A stretch of 64,000 nucleotides of DNA from Octopus vulgaris (GCA_951406725.2 OX597821.1:51460001-51524000), one strand, 5' to 3'; shown: positions 40,014 through 54,300, counted from the first letter of the stretch. Notes: generated from the letters alone by a model not told the origin. Numbers and translations are program-made.

Positions 40014-40225
40014 AATGTGTCTGTGTGTCTCCCTGTCTCCCGCTGTCTCTCCTTCTCTCTCAGCACACACACATACATACATGCATGCATACGTACACAC
40101 ACACACACACATATATGTACATAAATAGCTAGCTAGATATACATCTGTATGTATATATGTATGTTTGTATGCATGTATGCATGTATGTATGTATGTATGT
40201 ATGTATCTATCTATCTATCTATCTA

Positions 40226-40275
<50 letters not shown>

Positions 40276-40321
40276 CACATATATATATATATATATACTT
40301 TATTTAGAAGCAGCAGAAATA

Positions 40322-40376
40322 TAACAGAAGCTGTTACTCAGAGTTTCACGTTCCCGTTCGTCGGAAAGTTTTGTTA
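40322..40376 (-). ncRNA. Minimal type I hammerhead ribozyme, U4C variant
   Basis: Minus strand TAACAAAACTTT-CCGACGA-ACG ggaa CGT-GAA-ACTC t GAGT-A-ACAGCTTCTGTTA. Confidence 0.7.
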
Positions 40377-40573
40377 AAATAGAACAGAAATAACAATATG
40401 ATCAAAACTAGTTAAAGGATACACTTTTAAAATGGATTTGTTTCATTGGTCCTTTCAAATAACGGTTTTAAGCATGCGATAAACAAAATAAACAAATTAA
40501 ATGAATTCAATATAAATTATAAATTATAAAAATCGAGGAAAAGCCTTTGTATCCCCTCCATTTTCTTTTTGCC

Positions 40574-40618
<45 letters not shown>

Positions 40619-40749
40619 TATAAATTTATATATGCATATGCATATGTATGTATTTATGTATGTATGTATGTATGTTTGTATGTATGTGTATGTGTGTGTG
40701 TTTGTGTGTCTTCTTACGTATGTTTGATCGGACGTATAAATACATGTAT

Positions 40750-40802
<53 letters not shown>

Positions 40803-41039
40803 TGTGTGAATGTATGTGTGTGTGTATATAAATGTGTATTTCTGTGTGATGAATATCCAAAACGACCAGTAAAGAGTCATATATACATATATAAATCAAA
40901 TTTCATAATATATAATATAAGTAGAGAAAAACTACTATTAAAACAATTCAATAAAGAAAGATGTTACACCACATAGAAAACATATATTATAAAAAATCAT
41001 GATTTGAAGTCAATAAAGTACAATAAATAATAAGTAGTA

Positions 41040-41793
41040 GTAAACATTATTAATTGTCCTTATGGTGCTGAAGTTAAAACAAACGTTATTAAAGAGATTT
41101 TAACTATAATTGAAGTATTCATTAGAAATAATAAAAAACATAACATTTTCTAGTAATATTTTTCGAGTTGGTTATTCTGCTACTAATAATATAGGTAACA
41201 TTATTTCTTCTTTTAATAAATTTAAGCTTAATATGTTTTACAAAAACAAATCAAATAATTATTCCAATAATAATAATAATATAATTAATTGTACGTGTAG
41301 AGATAAAACTACATGTAATTTTAATTATAAATGTAATGTCGATGATGTAGTATATAAACGTGTAGTGACTTTGGTTGATGATAATAATAGGAATGGTTAT
41401 AATTTAAATGCAATTCACACAGGTTTGAGTTCTAATAAAATTAAATTACGGGTGTCTCAACATATGAATTCTTTTAAGAATAGAAATTTAATTAATTCTA
41501 CTGGCCTTAGAGAATATATAAGGGAACTAAAATCTAAAAATATTAAGTACAATTTAAATTGGGAAATAGTTTGTAGAGTAAAATCATATCGAATAGGTAG
41601 TAATTTTTGCTTATTATGTAGTAACGAATTTAAGGAGATATTAAGTAATAATAAAAATGTGTTCAATGACCTCGACGAACTAAACGTTAAATGTAGACAT
41701 AAATTGAATTACTTATATAATAAGTTTAGCTTATTTGTGTGTATATATAAAAACCTTTTTTATGTTAGTAATTGTAGTAGTTATAATTTGTAG
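41040..41793 (+). pseudogene. Penelope-like element C-terminus: RT thumb/linker plus GIY-YIG endonuclease (Neptune/Naiad-like)
   Basis: CPYGAEVKTNVIKEIL (frameshifted), then ORF 41110-41793 with CTCR....C....C....VVY..HTG....K.RV.QH..SF..ST.L..YI..W.I..CLLC..E..CRHK; the YIG motif is degraded to HTG. Confidence 0.85.
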
Positions 41794-42353
41794 TAGTAAA
41801 ATGTGTATAAATTAGGACGATATTATATGGTCTATATTACACAATTAGAATAAGCTGAAAATTTGGTGTTTATAAAATATATTTATCAATGAAAATAGAT
41901 TAAATTATATAATTTTAGCGTAATTTATGTTTATTAAATTATGTATTTCACGTATTTAGTATTTATTTTATTTAGACTTTACAATTTTCCAGTTAATAGT
42001 ATATTAAAGTTTTTTTTTTCTTTTACTTACAGCTAAAACACTTTTGTAATTTTAATAGCGTAAATACATATTTCTATCTATTTCCTCTATAAATTCAATT
42101 ACGCCATATTTTCACGCGATATATTTCTTATATTTCTTATAAACGCTAAGTTCGACATTTTACGTTTAAATTGGTAGTTAACGAAAATCCTTCGAAAAGA
42201 TAAGTTATATTTGTATTTTAAGAAATATTGTTAAATTCTTTTCGATTATTTATAATTAATACATGTATCTTTTTAAATATATTTATTTGATAATTAGTAT
42301 AAGTTAAGATAAGTACATTTATTCTATTATTATTTTTTATCATTTATTATCTT

Positions 42354-42473
42354 AGACCTGATGAGTGACTATATTTTTAAGTAGAATTAATTTTAGCTCG
42401 ATATAATTTTGAATCGAATTGATTTTATTATTATCATCTATTTGAAAATATAACCATGAAACATACGTAGTCT
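42354..42473 (+). ncRNA. Type I hammerhead ribozyme in PLE 3' region, long stem II
   Basis: AGAC-CTGATGA-GTGACTATATTTTTAAGTAGA..TCTATTTGAAAATATAACCAT-GAA-AC atac GT-A-GTCT; core intact, G10.1-U11.1 wobble. Confidence 0.8.
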
Positions 42474-43491
42474 TTTTACTACTATTTACTATTTATTGTA
42501 CTTTATTGAATTAAAACACATTATTTTTATAGTATATGTTTCTTTTTTTAATTGTTTCAATACATACATCTGTGTATGTGTGTATGCGCGTGCGTACGTG
42601 TGTGCGTGTGTTACTGCAGCTGTTCTTGTTGCACGCGCGTGCGTGTTATGTTACAGATCTCAATATGGCAATATTGGTACAGTATTATCTACTGATTACC
42701 TTTTCTCTTATGATGTGGATGCCTGTCTTTTTGTGAGTGCATTTGCATATGTGTGTATGCATATACGTGCGTATGTGCTCGTGTGTATATGCTCGTACGT
42801 GTGTGCTTCTGTGTTTCAATATGTATGTATTTAGATACTGGGATGGAGGGAGGGATATATAGACAGATTGACGACAGATAGTTTAAATGATTGACAGATA
42901 GATAGATAGATTGGTTGATTGATTGATGAATGGGCAAATACACAAAGATTGAGAGGAAGTAGCAGATGGCTGTTGGGTGTAAGAAAAGAAAGATCGAAAA
43001 AAAATTGATATCACATGTGTAATCTAGCTGGATATAAAACTGAATCGAAACACTATCAAAAAGTTTACTCTATCAAAATAGAGGTTCTAGCTCTTTACCC
43101 GATAGGCTAGAAATATCGGTAAACACACTCTGAAATCACATCTTAACGCCTGATTTGAAAGTCTGGAATGCTCTGATTTTGAGGTGATTTTGATGTAAAC
43201 AACATCAGCAACTATGTGGAAAGGTGCTGAGGATAATATTGTTCCTGATGTCCTCGGTCACTGTGGCTGCTGACGTATCTGTGGTGAAAAACAACAAAAG
43301 CAGCAGTATTAACATCAACCACAGCAATTGCAACAGACACACCAGCACCATTAACAGCAACGGAGCCAGGGTCAGCAAGGACACAGCAGTAATGTCAACA
43401 ACATTTGTATTGACTCCGTTTTATTCCGCTGTTTGTGATAACAGCTGCAGCTACTGGTAAGATATATGGAGGCACACATTTCTTTGAATGT

Positions 43492-43534
43492 ACACTTCTG
43501 AAGATGGGCTTTTGAGCCCAAAATATGTAAATGT
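43492..43534 (+). ncRNA. Degenerate minimal hammerhead ribozyme
   Basis: ACACTT-CTGAAGA-T-GGGCT tttg AGCCC-AAA-ATATGT-A-AATGT; G12 to A is compatible with CpG decay. Confidence 0.6.
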
Positions 43535-43863
43535 TTAAAAAAATTTTATCTCTGAATTGTTTGAGGCTTTCTTCATTTCCATTTATAATCCTACATCTGT
43601 ACTACAATATTCCAAGCGAGCTACGTCGTTTTTCTTTCATGTGTATGTATGTATGTATGTATGTATGTATGTATGTATGTATGTATGTATGTATGTATGT
43701 ATGTATGTATTTATATGTCTCTATATATCTAATAAATATATATATACATAGATGTATTTATATATATGCATATATATACACATACATATATACACACGCA
43801 CATATATATATATAAATAAATATATATGTATGTGTATGTATGCATACATGTCTATATACCTAA

Positions 43864-44145
<282 letters not shown>

Positions 44146-45429
44146 GCTGGCTGTGTGAACGCTGTAGAGCTTGACCTCTTCTGTTCCTATAACTGCTGTT
44201 TCCTAGCGTTATCTTAAATGACCTTGAGGCCTGCAACATGTGTGAAGAGCTGAACACAAACACGACAGCAATGTCTCATTGCAGAATTGGCTCCATTTTC
44301 TGCCGTTTCAATCATCCCCCAAGAGACATATAGGTTTTTATAGATATTCAGTTGAATCTAGTCAACCAGAATGAAATTTTAGTAGTTCATATATGCCTGA
44401 CCCACATGCGTAAAGCATTTACAAACATTTATATCATATTCCATGTTGCTATCTTTTAGTTTTCAAATAAATGTATGAGAGAAGGTCGAGCATACCTGCG
44501 TCAGATATATTGACATTGATACGAATAGTTGTATTAATGAAAGCAATGATAATATTGATGTTGAACCTAGCAACTATAGTAAAAGTTATGTGAGGTGGTG
44601 TAGGAATAATTTTCCTTAATATTAGAAAATATGGCAATAGCTTGATAATGTCCATCAAAACGGTAACATACAAGTAATAATAATGAGATACCGAGAGCAA
44701 TGCCCAATCAGTCTGGGATGACTCACTTCGCAAATAGAACTATTTGTTCAGCAATCAAGAATTGTAATAGTTCTAAAATACGCTAGCAAACCCTTTAATA
44801 ATAAATTTGAGCTAGTATGTAATTGTATATACTCTGAAAAATGTTAGATAACCAATACCTTACTACAATTCTAGTTTGTAGCAGCTGAACTTATTCACTA
44901 TTAGATAGGTGGCTGCGCAACCGGCTCTAAATCGCAATCATATATCCATAACTCTTCCCTTAGACATAGAGACAAAGAAAGCTTGACTTCCATTAATAAG
45001 TTTATTTGAAATCTAAAAGATATTAACCTGAAATTAATAAGAAACAAGGGAACAAACTTATGTCACTATCTAATCTTTTATTTAACAAAACTTATAAATC
45101 ATTCCTTTGAAGATAGAGAAGTAGAATATCTTGATAATTAATTTCCATCTACTCTTCGTTTCTATGTGTATTTACAAAACGTTCTTCAATTTAAAATTCC
45201 TTAATTTATCTCATTAATCTGTTTATTGCATTAATCTCTGCCCATTTTAGGCATTGTCTTTTTAACTTTGCTTCTATTACTATATTATACGATGGTATCT
45301 TTATGAATTTCGTTCATTAGTATTCTTATCTCTATTATTTACTGGAAGTTGTCTAACTTAATATGAGGCACACTACGAACTGTTCGTTCTGTTTAAATAA
45401 TTCAGCAAATTTTCAATCCGTCTTTTTTT

Positions 45430-45830
45430 TTTTGTCACAATATATAACTCCTTCCTCTCTATTCAATATCTTGTGATTTTCAATACAGTGTCCCTTGCTG
45501 TCTGCAAGAACCTTTAATAATAGAGGAAAGTATCAGATTTCAGTTCCTTTCATGGTCTGATTTACAATTCTTTGCTACTTACAGATATCACAGTTCTCCT
45601 TCCTTGAAGCCTGTGCAGGACTGATCAAATACTTACTCAAAATAGCCATTTTAGTCAATTTCCTTTCACTTGGCAGCTAGTTTATTGTGGATCTGAAGAT
45701 GATGAATGTGTGGGACTGTTCTCCATATTTTCAGTTGATCGACACTAGGAATCGATTTTGATTAATTTCATTGAACTATGGAACTTGACCTTTCCAATAT
45801 TTATCGGAAATACATGTAAACCTGAAATAG
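45430..45830 (-). mobile_element. Highly degraded RTE-like LINE fragment
   Basis: Minus strand ADSKGHCIEKSQDIE*RGRSY resembles the DxxG.......I..RW.EY linker upstream of RTE reverse transcriptases. Confidence 0.3.
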
Positions 45831-45901
45831 ATGTACAAAACTCATTATCTCTGTCTATTTTGTCTTTCTCTCTATCTCCCAATGTGTGTATCTGTCTATC
45901 C

Positions 45902-45933
<32 letters not shown>

Positions 45934-46004
45934 ATCTCTCTATCTATCTATCTATCTACCTATCTATACTCATATACATGTATGTAGGTATGTATGCATT
46001 TATA

Positions 46005-46352
46005 GACGCGGACGTGGCTATAGGGTAAAAAGCTCGACTCTCAAACACTATGTGGCAACTTGGACAAGCGCTTTCTACTATAGCTCCAATTCGACCAGAG
46101 TTTTGTGTGGATTTGGCAGAGAGAAACTGAAAGAAGCCTGTCTTAATATATATATACTCTTCTACTTGTTTCAGTCATTTGACAGCGGCCATGCTGGAGC
46201 ACCGCCTTTAGTCGAGCAAATTGACCCCAGGGCTTATTCTTTGGAAGCCTAGTACTTATTATATCGGTCTCTTTTGCCGAACCGCTAAGTTAGGGGGCGT
46301 AAGCACACCACCATAGGTTGTCAAACGTTGTTGGGGGAACAAACTGACACAG
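46005..46352. mobile_element. Family A SINE 5' half (+, 46005-46142) facing a family A 3' half (-, 46157-46352)
   Basis: Both match other family A copies; minus piece contains GGCGGTGCTCCAGCATGGCCGCTGTCAAATGACTGAAACAAGTAG. Confidence 0.85.
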
Positions 46353-47399
46353 AAACATATGCATATACATACACACACACATGTATATGTATATATATAG
46401 AGAGAGAGAGAAAGAGAGATAAAGAGAGAGAGAGGAAGAGAGAGAAGGAGAGAGGAAGAGAGAGAAGAAGAGAGAGAGGAAGAGAGAGAGAGAAACAGAG
46501 ATGTGAGGTCATCATGAATGATATTCCCACTCTTGTATCTAAAATTGCAATGTAAAACTCGTATTGCCAATCAGTACAGAATCACGTTTGTTTTAATGCA
46601 ATACACAGTTACAGCCAAACTCACACACACACACACACACACACGTGTGTGTGTGTACGCGTGTGCACCCTTTTTAAATCTTGAGTGCTCATTGAAGCGG
46701 AATGTAGAAAATTGTAAAAATTTGACATTAATTCTGCAAGAATAAATCAATTCTTAGGACTAGAACCAAAGCTAAGACACTTTTCTCACATGGAGATTGT
46801 GGCCTTTGTCTCAGTATTTGCAAATTTTTGTGTCAGATAACTGAACATTTGCACATAGAAATCATCGGCAATAATGAACTGAGTGGCAGCTTCACACACA
46901 GCCATTGCTTGAAGGTAGGTTATGTAGATGTGTTATTTTTTCAGATTTTAATGGTAATAGCGGCAACGAGGCAGAAGTAAATTATGAATACAGAGTTTGA
47001 TAGGGTAGTGTTATGCTGTCACGCATGTTTATGAAATGGCTATCATCAATTCCAGATTTCGGATGAGAAGAAAAATAAACGATAAGTTTTGAAATTATCC
47101 ATGATACGTTTATATAGCTTTATTTATACGCAGAAATACTCATACATATTCACACAACACACGCACGTATACACACATTTATATATAACTATATATTGCT
47201 CGTTATTCGTTTACTTGATACCCGTATTTCTAAGGAAGATATACCGATTATTAAATCAACTAATTTAAACATGTGCTTTATAGTTATTTCATCAGATATG
47301 TATCATGGAAAATATTGTGTTCTATATTACAGTATTTGGAGCATTGAAGAATGGGGTAAAATATCTATTTTCTCGACATTTTATTTTGTAACTAGATGG

Positions 47400-48700
47400 G
47401 GATTTTATTTTGTAACTAGTGTATAGTCCATGGAGTCTGAAGGCCAAACAGATGTAGCTTATTGAAATGTCAAATTCCCAGACAAGTACTAATAACCATG
47501 AATTCCAGATTAGATAGGAACGATGACTTTTTTTGGGGCCGTTCACTGATGGACCAATAGTGAATAATTTTTGATGTCATCCATAGAAATATATCTCAAG
47601 ATAATGCAAAACAAGAAAAGGCTAACATGGAACTCATTAAATGTTATCCCCTCAGAAAATGCAATGTTTCCCGTCATATTGATGAAGATATAAATGATGT
47701 TAAGATTAGTGACAGATATTATAGCATGTCAATTTTATCGAATCATCAATCAAACAACAGTCTTTGACAGGATAACTCTTGCAACACAACTCAAAATTCA
47801 CGGAAGCGATGTTATTTTTTAGTTTTGAAAAACCTTATCACCACGGTGCAAGAGACATATAACAGCAACTGCCGGACAATTTTATTCCTATAAGTCACGT
47901 CGTATCCAGCACAGCAAGAGGTGTATCGATAATGATGAGGCAACAAAGAACAGAAGCTTCTAAAACCTGATAATACTGTGTATTTCCTGTATCATTGCCT
48001 GTGAAAATTTGACTAGTTGAAGGCTTATTATACAATTGGGTGATTTAATGAAGATAGTGTAAGTGGTACTTATGATAAAATCCATTGAAAATTATTCGAC
48101 GAATTCTTTGATGACATAAGTTTAGGCTGTGTAAAATTGTTTCTCCATAACCAGAAAATATAATTATTAAAGGACAACTGTCAAGAAGCATTTACTCTGT
48201 TGCCTGCCGTTCTATTGGATTTGGGAAGAGATTGTGAAGATCTTCTGTTCATGATATACATTTACGGCAAGACCTTCACTAAATGCATTAAATACATAAA
48301 TATAAAATGCACATATGTCTTTAGTAGATAGTGAAATCAAAATATTTAGTTTTATCCGAAAGGTGGTTCGTTTTGGAGTGCAAGAACTTTAGGAATTATT
48401 AGTAAAAGTAAAAATTTTCTTAAGAATACTCTCAAAATAATGGCTTTTCTAGCTTCCATGATGACCACTATGATAATTCATTCATCTGCAGTAAATGAAC
48501 TTTCCTTCTTGGAATACTGGACAATTCAGCCATATCTCTTTAACGGGCAAATAATGGCTGACTGGTTAACATGGAGTCTGACCACAGCGTTCATGCATTC
48601 AAGTAAAACTAAGTTTGTAACTCGGTTCTCTACTTTAGCTTTTTTGAGCACGAGTTAAATTGGTCCTTAAATCAAATGGAAGTTTCAATTTGCGAATATT
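47400..48700 (-). mobile_element. Ancient Tc1-like transposase relic
   Basis: Minus strand RLHVNQSAIICPLKRY..FTADE*IIIV (HTH-like N-terminus) and a downstream FL/MDD..W segment; many stops. Confidence 0.3.
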
Positions 48701-49671
48701 TCTGTGTTCCCTTTATTTTTATTTTCCATGAGTTTTAAGAAAAATTAAGAAAGCACTTTCAACCTCTCCAACCAGATACTTTCGCATTAAATCAAATGGA
48801 AGTTACCTGATCCAATGAAAATGAGATTTTCTTCTTCATTCCATTGGAATTAATAAAGAAATTTAGTTTCATATATTGTTTCAATAGACACCGTAGTAAA
48901 GGTATAAATGTGAAAATCATTTATATATTTGGCTATTCAAAATTGCAGCAGAAATTGAGGAAATCTGGGGTCTGGAAATCTAAGAACTATTTTAATTCAT
49001 AATGAATAATTTATTTATATGATAAATCGCCTTGTAATTTTAACTATAGTAATATCTTATGCTAATCTATGTTAAGCTTTATGTCTTAAGACAATAGAGT
49101 GTTTTATGCAATAAAAGTTTTTAAAATCTACTTAACATTTAACAAGAATCCAAGTTCAAATGTCGCGGTGATTAATAAACAGAAGTTGCAAAATAATTTA
49201 GTTTCTTGGTTCTAGATTTGTTTTTGATAAAATAAATTTATCCAATATTTCACTTCATTTATATTTTTTCGTAGACTTCAGCGCAACGTGACTTCAATTT
49301 TTAAGACAATAATGTAATAGTCATTTCGCTGTTAATTCTTGCAGGCAGACACGGTAGGAATAACAGGAGTTGATTTAGTTGGTGTAAAAAGTTTATCTTA
49401 TGAATCTGAAAAATCATTAATTTTAACATAAAATAAAATGCTTCGCAGAGATCATAGACATTTCATCAATAAAATGAAAGAGATCGCGAGACAACTAAAG
49501 AACTTCTACATATTTGCTTAGACGGCCAATGATAGCATTTAACTAGTACTTTATCGGAATAAATGAAAAATTGAAAGTCACAAACTGAACTCAGAACTGC
49601 AACGTACTATGCCCAACACACTAGCGAATCCACCCACCCAGATATGACTATAGCATTGATACTATATTGAT

Positions 49672-49871
49672 TTCACATTTTTGGCACAAGGCCCGCAATT
49701 TCGAGGGAGGGGTTAAGTCGATTACATCTACTCAGTATTCAACTGGTTCTTATTTTATTGGCCCCGAAAGGATGAAAGGCGGAATTTGAACTCAGAACGT
49801 AAAGACAGCTGAAATGTCACTAAGCATATTTCCCGGTGCACTAACGACGATTCTTCATGCTCGCCACCTTA
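49672..49871 (-). mobile_element. tRNA-derived SINE, family B
   Basis: Reverse complement: AAGGTGGCGAG head, TTCTGAGTTCAAATTCCGCCTTTCATCCTTTCGGGG. Confidence 0.85.
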
Positions 49872-50424
49872 GTATTGATGCTATATTAATGTAAGTGTTC
49901 ACAACCTATTTATTTCAATGTTATCAGGAGGGAAATGTTACCAAACTTTTCACTCTCAAACTCAATGAACATGATATGAAAATAAGTATGTCAGCAATTC
50001 ATAAAATTATATATTGACTATAATATCGTAATGGAATGGTTTCTATCAAATAAAGTAAAATAAAATAATACCACATATATTCCTGTTTGGCAAGTGCAAC
50101 AGTTTCAAGGCTTGAAATTTTAGTGACATAGAAATCTACTATAGTGCTTATTCCTCAGATTCTCAAAGTTATAAGAAATAAGAGGAACAAAATATCTGTC
50201 TGAAGCCATTATATATTGCTGTGAAATTTTCGTCCACATCTACTATATGGAATATTTCCAAAATATTTATCTCAGTGGATTCTATATCCTAGGACATAAT
50301 AATATATGATGTCTTATTTTAACAACCAATACTCTTAAGTGTTTATTAAATTACTCTGTCGAACAGTTTAGATGGATAATGGAAGAAATGTATATATTAT
50401 ACACTGAAGATATCTGTATCAGAC

Positions 50425-50550
50425 TTGCCTGCATGGTAAGAAGTTTGCTTCTTAACCACATTGTTCAGAGTTCAATCCCATTGCGTGGTAGCTTCGGCAA
50501 GTGCCTTGTGAGTGGACTTGGTTGACAGAAATCAAAAGAAGCGTGCCGTA
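50425..50550 (+). mobile_element. Family A SINE 5' half, interrupted by mariner insertion in its TA tract
   Basis: TGGTAAGAAGTTTGCTTC..GAGTTCAATCCCATTGCGTGG..AAAAGAAGCGTGCCGTATA. Confidence 0.8.
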
Positions 50551-50558
50551 TATATATA

Positions 50559-51815
50559 CGAGGGACGTTCAATAAGTAATGCCTCTGACCCACTGTGCAA
50601 TCATTTATATCTCTATAGAGTAAGTGGCAAATTACAGCTCTGAATTAATTGTGGTTTCTGATTTACAGGTGTTTGAACCGAGTCAAGTGTGAAATGGAGC
50701 CTCTTGAGTGTCGAGCAGTGATCCGGTTTTTGTATTTGAAAGGACGCACACCACGGGAGACTTTTGATGAAATGAAAGTAACTTATGGTTATGATGCCCC
50801 ATTATATGACCTTGTAAAACGCTGGCATCGAGAATTCAAACATGGTCGGAACTCTGTGGAAACAGCTCCCAGATCTGGTCGCCCCTTCTGCCATTGATGA
50901 GGCATCTGTCCGTCAAGTTGAGGCTGCCATTTTGGAAGATCGACGCATAATTATTCGCCAAATAGCCCATGAGGTCAAGTTTAGTACCGGGTCTGTGGAA
51001 ACTATCATTCATGACCATTTGCATATGCAAAAGGTGTCTGCCAGATGGATTCCCAGGTTGCTCACGCCTTTGCAGAAGCAAGAACGCGTCGAGTGCTCGA
51101 GGGTGAATTTGGAGATGTGCCAAGAAGATTAGTCAAAATTTTTCAAAAGACTGATTACACAGGATGAAACCTGGGTCCATCAAGATGATCCAGAGACCAA
51201 AGCCCAGTCAATGCAGTGGAAGCACCGTGACTCACCCCCTCTAAAGAAGGCAAAGATGCAGCCCTCCGCTGGCAAGGTCATGCTCACAGTCTTCTGGGAC
51301 CAGGACGGAGTAGTGATGACAGATTTCCTGGCAAAGGGTACCACGATTGCAGGAGCCTATTATGCTTCACTTTTGAGGAAATTAAGAGAAGTTATCAAAA
51401 TCAAGAGGCGGGGCAAGATCAGCGAAGGCATCCTCCTCCTTCAGGACAACGCTCCGGTCCACAACTCGCTTGTCGCCAGATCAGAAGCACAGGCGTATGG
51501 CTATTAACCCCTCCCCATCCCCCCTACTTTCCTGACCTTGCACCCTCTGATTTTCACCTCTTCCCAATCATGAAGTTGTTTTTGAAAGGAAAGCGTTTCC
51601 CAGATGATGCAGCCTTGATTTCTGAAGTCACGTCGTGGTTGGAGGACCAAGCTGGGTTCTACTACAAAAACGGTCTCCAGAGCCGCATCAAACGATGGGA
51701 GAAATGCGTAACTCTGGGTGGTTGCTATGTAGAAAAAGACTAATAACTGTGCCAACTTTCGTTGCTCTACTGCTATGGGAAGTGGGTTAGGGGCATTACT
51801 TATTGAACGCCCCTC

Positions 51816-51816
<1 letters not shown>
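50559..51816 (+). mobile_element. Full-length mariner (DD34D) transposon, defective
   Basis: 36-bp TIRs CGAGGGACGTTCAATAAGTAATGCCTCTGACCCACT and reverse-complemented CGAGGGGCGTTCAATAAGTAATGCCCCTAACCCACT, TA flanks, 1258 bp. Confidence 0.96.
50694..51743 (+). pseudogene. Mariner transposase pseudogene (irritans-like motifs)
   Basis: RAVIRFL, SARWIPRLL, ITQDETWV, KVMLTVFWD, LLQDNAPVH, HPPYFPDLAPSDFHLF; 34 residues between the last two Asp after frameshift correction; two stops and two frameshifts. Confidence 0.93.
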
Positions 51817-51855
<39 letters not shown>

Positions 51856-53701
51856 GTGTATGTGTGTGTGTGCGTGCATGTGTGTGTGTGTGCATGTATG
51901 TGTCTGTGTGTGTTTGTGCGTGTGTGTGCGTGTAAGTGTGTGTGTGCATGTATGTATGTATATAATATACATATATTCATATCATTTTAAAATGTATTGG
52001 AGATGCTTGAGCATTGGATTCATGTAGGAATCGAAATCGATTCTCTCATTGTTTCACTTTTCTGGGGGAAGGAAAATACGGTTATTCTCTCCACTCTTAT
52101 ACTTGAGTGGGACATTGTTTTGTCCATCACTGCAATCACGAAAGGCAAGTTTGATTGCAGTAGGATTTGAACACAGAACATGAATATTCGCAACAAATAT
52201 CGCAAATATTTTTTCCGGCATTTTAACGATTGAGCAAATCCTGGTGGTCCATACTAGTGACCACACAAATAACATCGTAAATCTTACGTTCTATCCTAAG
52301 ATTCAGAAACTAGTTATGCCTTCCTGACTATCTGCAAAAAAGTTCACTACAGCACATCCACAACTAGGTATGGTACTCATAGGGAAAGACTCACGGAGCG
52401 ATACACTACAGCCACTGACTTAGAAACGCCACCCTTAGCCTTTCAAACTATTCTAATCTAAGATTCTGTGTACCACTTTCATTTGAACCGGTTCAATCAA
52501 CATATCTTATTTGGTCAACTTCATTTTGTTTCTACAAACCGACAAAGTACAAAACATTTCCGTATCCATTCCCTTAGAAATATACCCTATTGGAATCCCT
52601 ACTATCTGTTTTAAATTTCATATGTCAGTTTCCACATGTTGAAATTAAACATTGAAGTTACCAATAGGGGAGGTCAATGAAAGTATATAGGTGTCGCACA
52701 TGCTTTGTCATTCTAAATCAAACAATGTGACGAATTGAGTATATATCTGTGAACTTTGTATGAATATTCCGCAAACTTCTTTGATTATATCTGAGTTCGA
52801 AATGAATCTAAGTTGTTGATAGAGGATGCGGTGAGAAAAATATTTCTTGGTTATATTGACGTATAAACATGTTGATGTTTTTTCTAGTAAGTTCTACAAC
52901 AGATTTGAAACAATGTTAGTTTAAACATTACGTTTGCACAATTGTTCTTCGATATAATAATGCGGGAAATGTTATTGAAATATTTCCCATAAATATTCAT
53001 AAAAGATATCTTATGGGAAAACACTTGGGTATAAGAAATCAAACTATGAATATTTCAATATACTTGGAGACATCACAATTTTAACCGTTGATATTAATAA
53101 TATTTATTAATTTTTAATATTAGTTTTTCTTTTCATCGCACCCAAAACATTTCGACGGAGATGGAATACTAAAAATCTAATTATCTCCAATAAATAATTG
53201 GTTATTGTTTTATTGATTTCATATGAGTAAACATTCTAGGTTTCCTGGGAGCGGGGCGGATTTGATCTCGGGCTTCATTTCACTGAATTAAATAAGTTAT
53301 CGCGGAATTATCTCTATTTCTGCTTCAATTGCAAGTTTACAAAATAATATAAATTGTATGGAGATGGAGTAAGTTTTATTACCGTGTTTTTATTAAGGAA
53401 TTAAATAAAATGAGAAGCCTCTGAAAGATTTCATTAATAAAATCATCAAACGAATTTCATAAAATACCTCTATAAAAGATTTCAAAATCTGCAGCACTAA
53501 AAATTTGAATAACTGTACATTGATCATAAAATAAAGTGTATATACTTTCTGTATATACACTGCTGTATATCGGCATCAGTTCAGGAAATGTAGCCATCAC
53601 TATCTAGACTAACAAATGTAGGTTTGTATTGTAATTTTTGACAACTTAATGCCAAAAGGTGGATGCATTTTCATAATTTCTGATTTGTATATACACACAC
53701 A

Positions 53702-54300
53702 CGAGGGTTGGCTGAAAAATTAATTGGCTGAACAAGATACTATAATACAATTTCATTTTTAATATATTCTCCCTTGAGGTGCACACGCTTTTTCAATTGG
53801 TGTTGCAGTGCTTGGAGCCCATTGGTGAAGAAGCTTCCATCCTGTTGTTCAAAAAGTCGACAGCAAATATGACGGCATCATCACTGCAATACTGGCTCCC
53901 AACCAAATATTTTTTCGTTCGTGTTGGAGAACAGGTGATAGTCAAATGGGTTCAATTCAAGGGAATAGGGAGGGTGATCAGCAAGTTCAAACTCACAGTC
54001 ACGCACAGCAGCCTTTGAAACCCACGCCTTGTGGGTTGGAGTGTTGCCCTGATGAAACAAGACCCCTTTTATCCGTTTTCCCGGGCAATTTGGCATAGTG
54101 CTCTCAAAAGATGACGTAGCCCTTTAGAAGATAGTCAGTAAATACAATAATTCTTGCATCCCTAAAATCTGAAGTTATCAATTTCCCTGCCGATGAAACA
54201 ACCTTGACCGTGTCTGGAGCAGGTGAGGAGGTGTGTTTCCACTGCGTGGATTGCTATTGCAATATTTCTTTGTCTCTGGCCTGAAGTGATCAGCCCTGGC
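53702..54300 (-). mobile_element. Mariner 3' fragment with one TIR
   Basis: ORF 53881-54096 GVLFHQGNTPTH..DHPPYSLELNPFDYHLF; terminus CGAGGGTTGGCTGAAAA at 53702. Confidence 0.8.

Noticed and set aside
41110-41900. Possible selenoprotein-type (Naiad) PLE with SECIS
   Set aside because: Conserved Cys positions use Cys codons with no in-frame UGA, and I could not fold a convincing SECIS. The TGA in the RT fragment near 22630 sits at an expected Trp.
43224-43460. ORF with a signal-peptide-like start and a nearby GTAAG donor
   Set aside because: Starts at GTG, is built on degenerate CAA/CAG repeats, and has no recognisable domain or partner exon.
50620-50668. GTAAGT..TTTACAG possible 5' UTR intron in the mariner
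   Set aside because: Only 49 nt and unsupported without transcript data.
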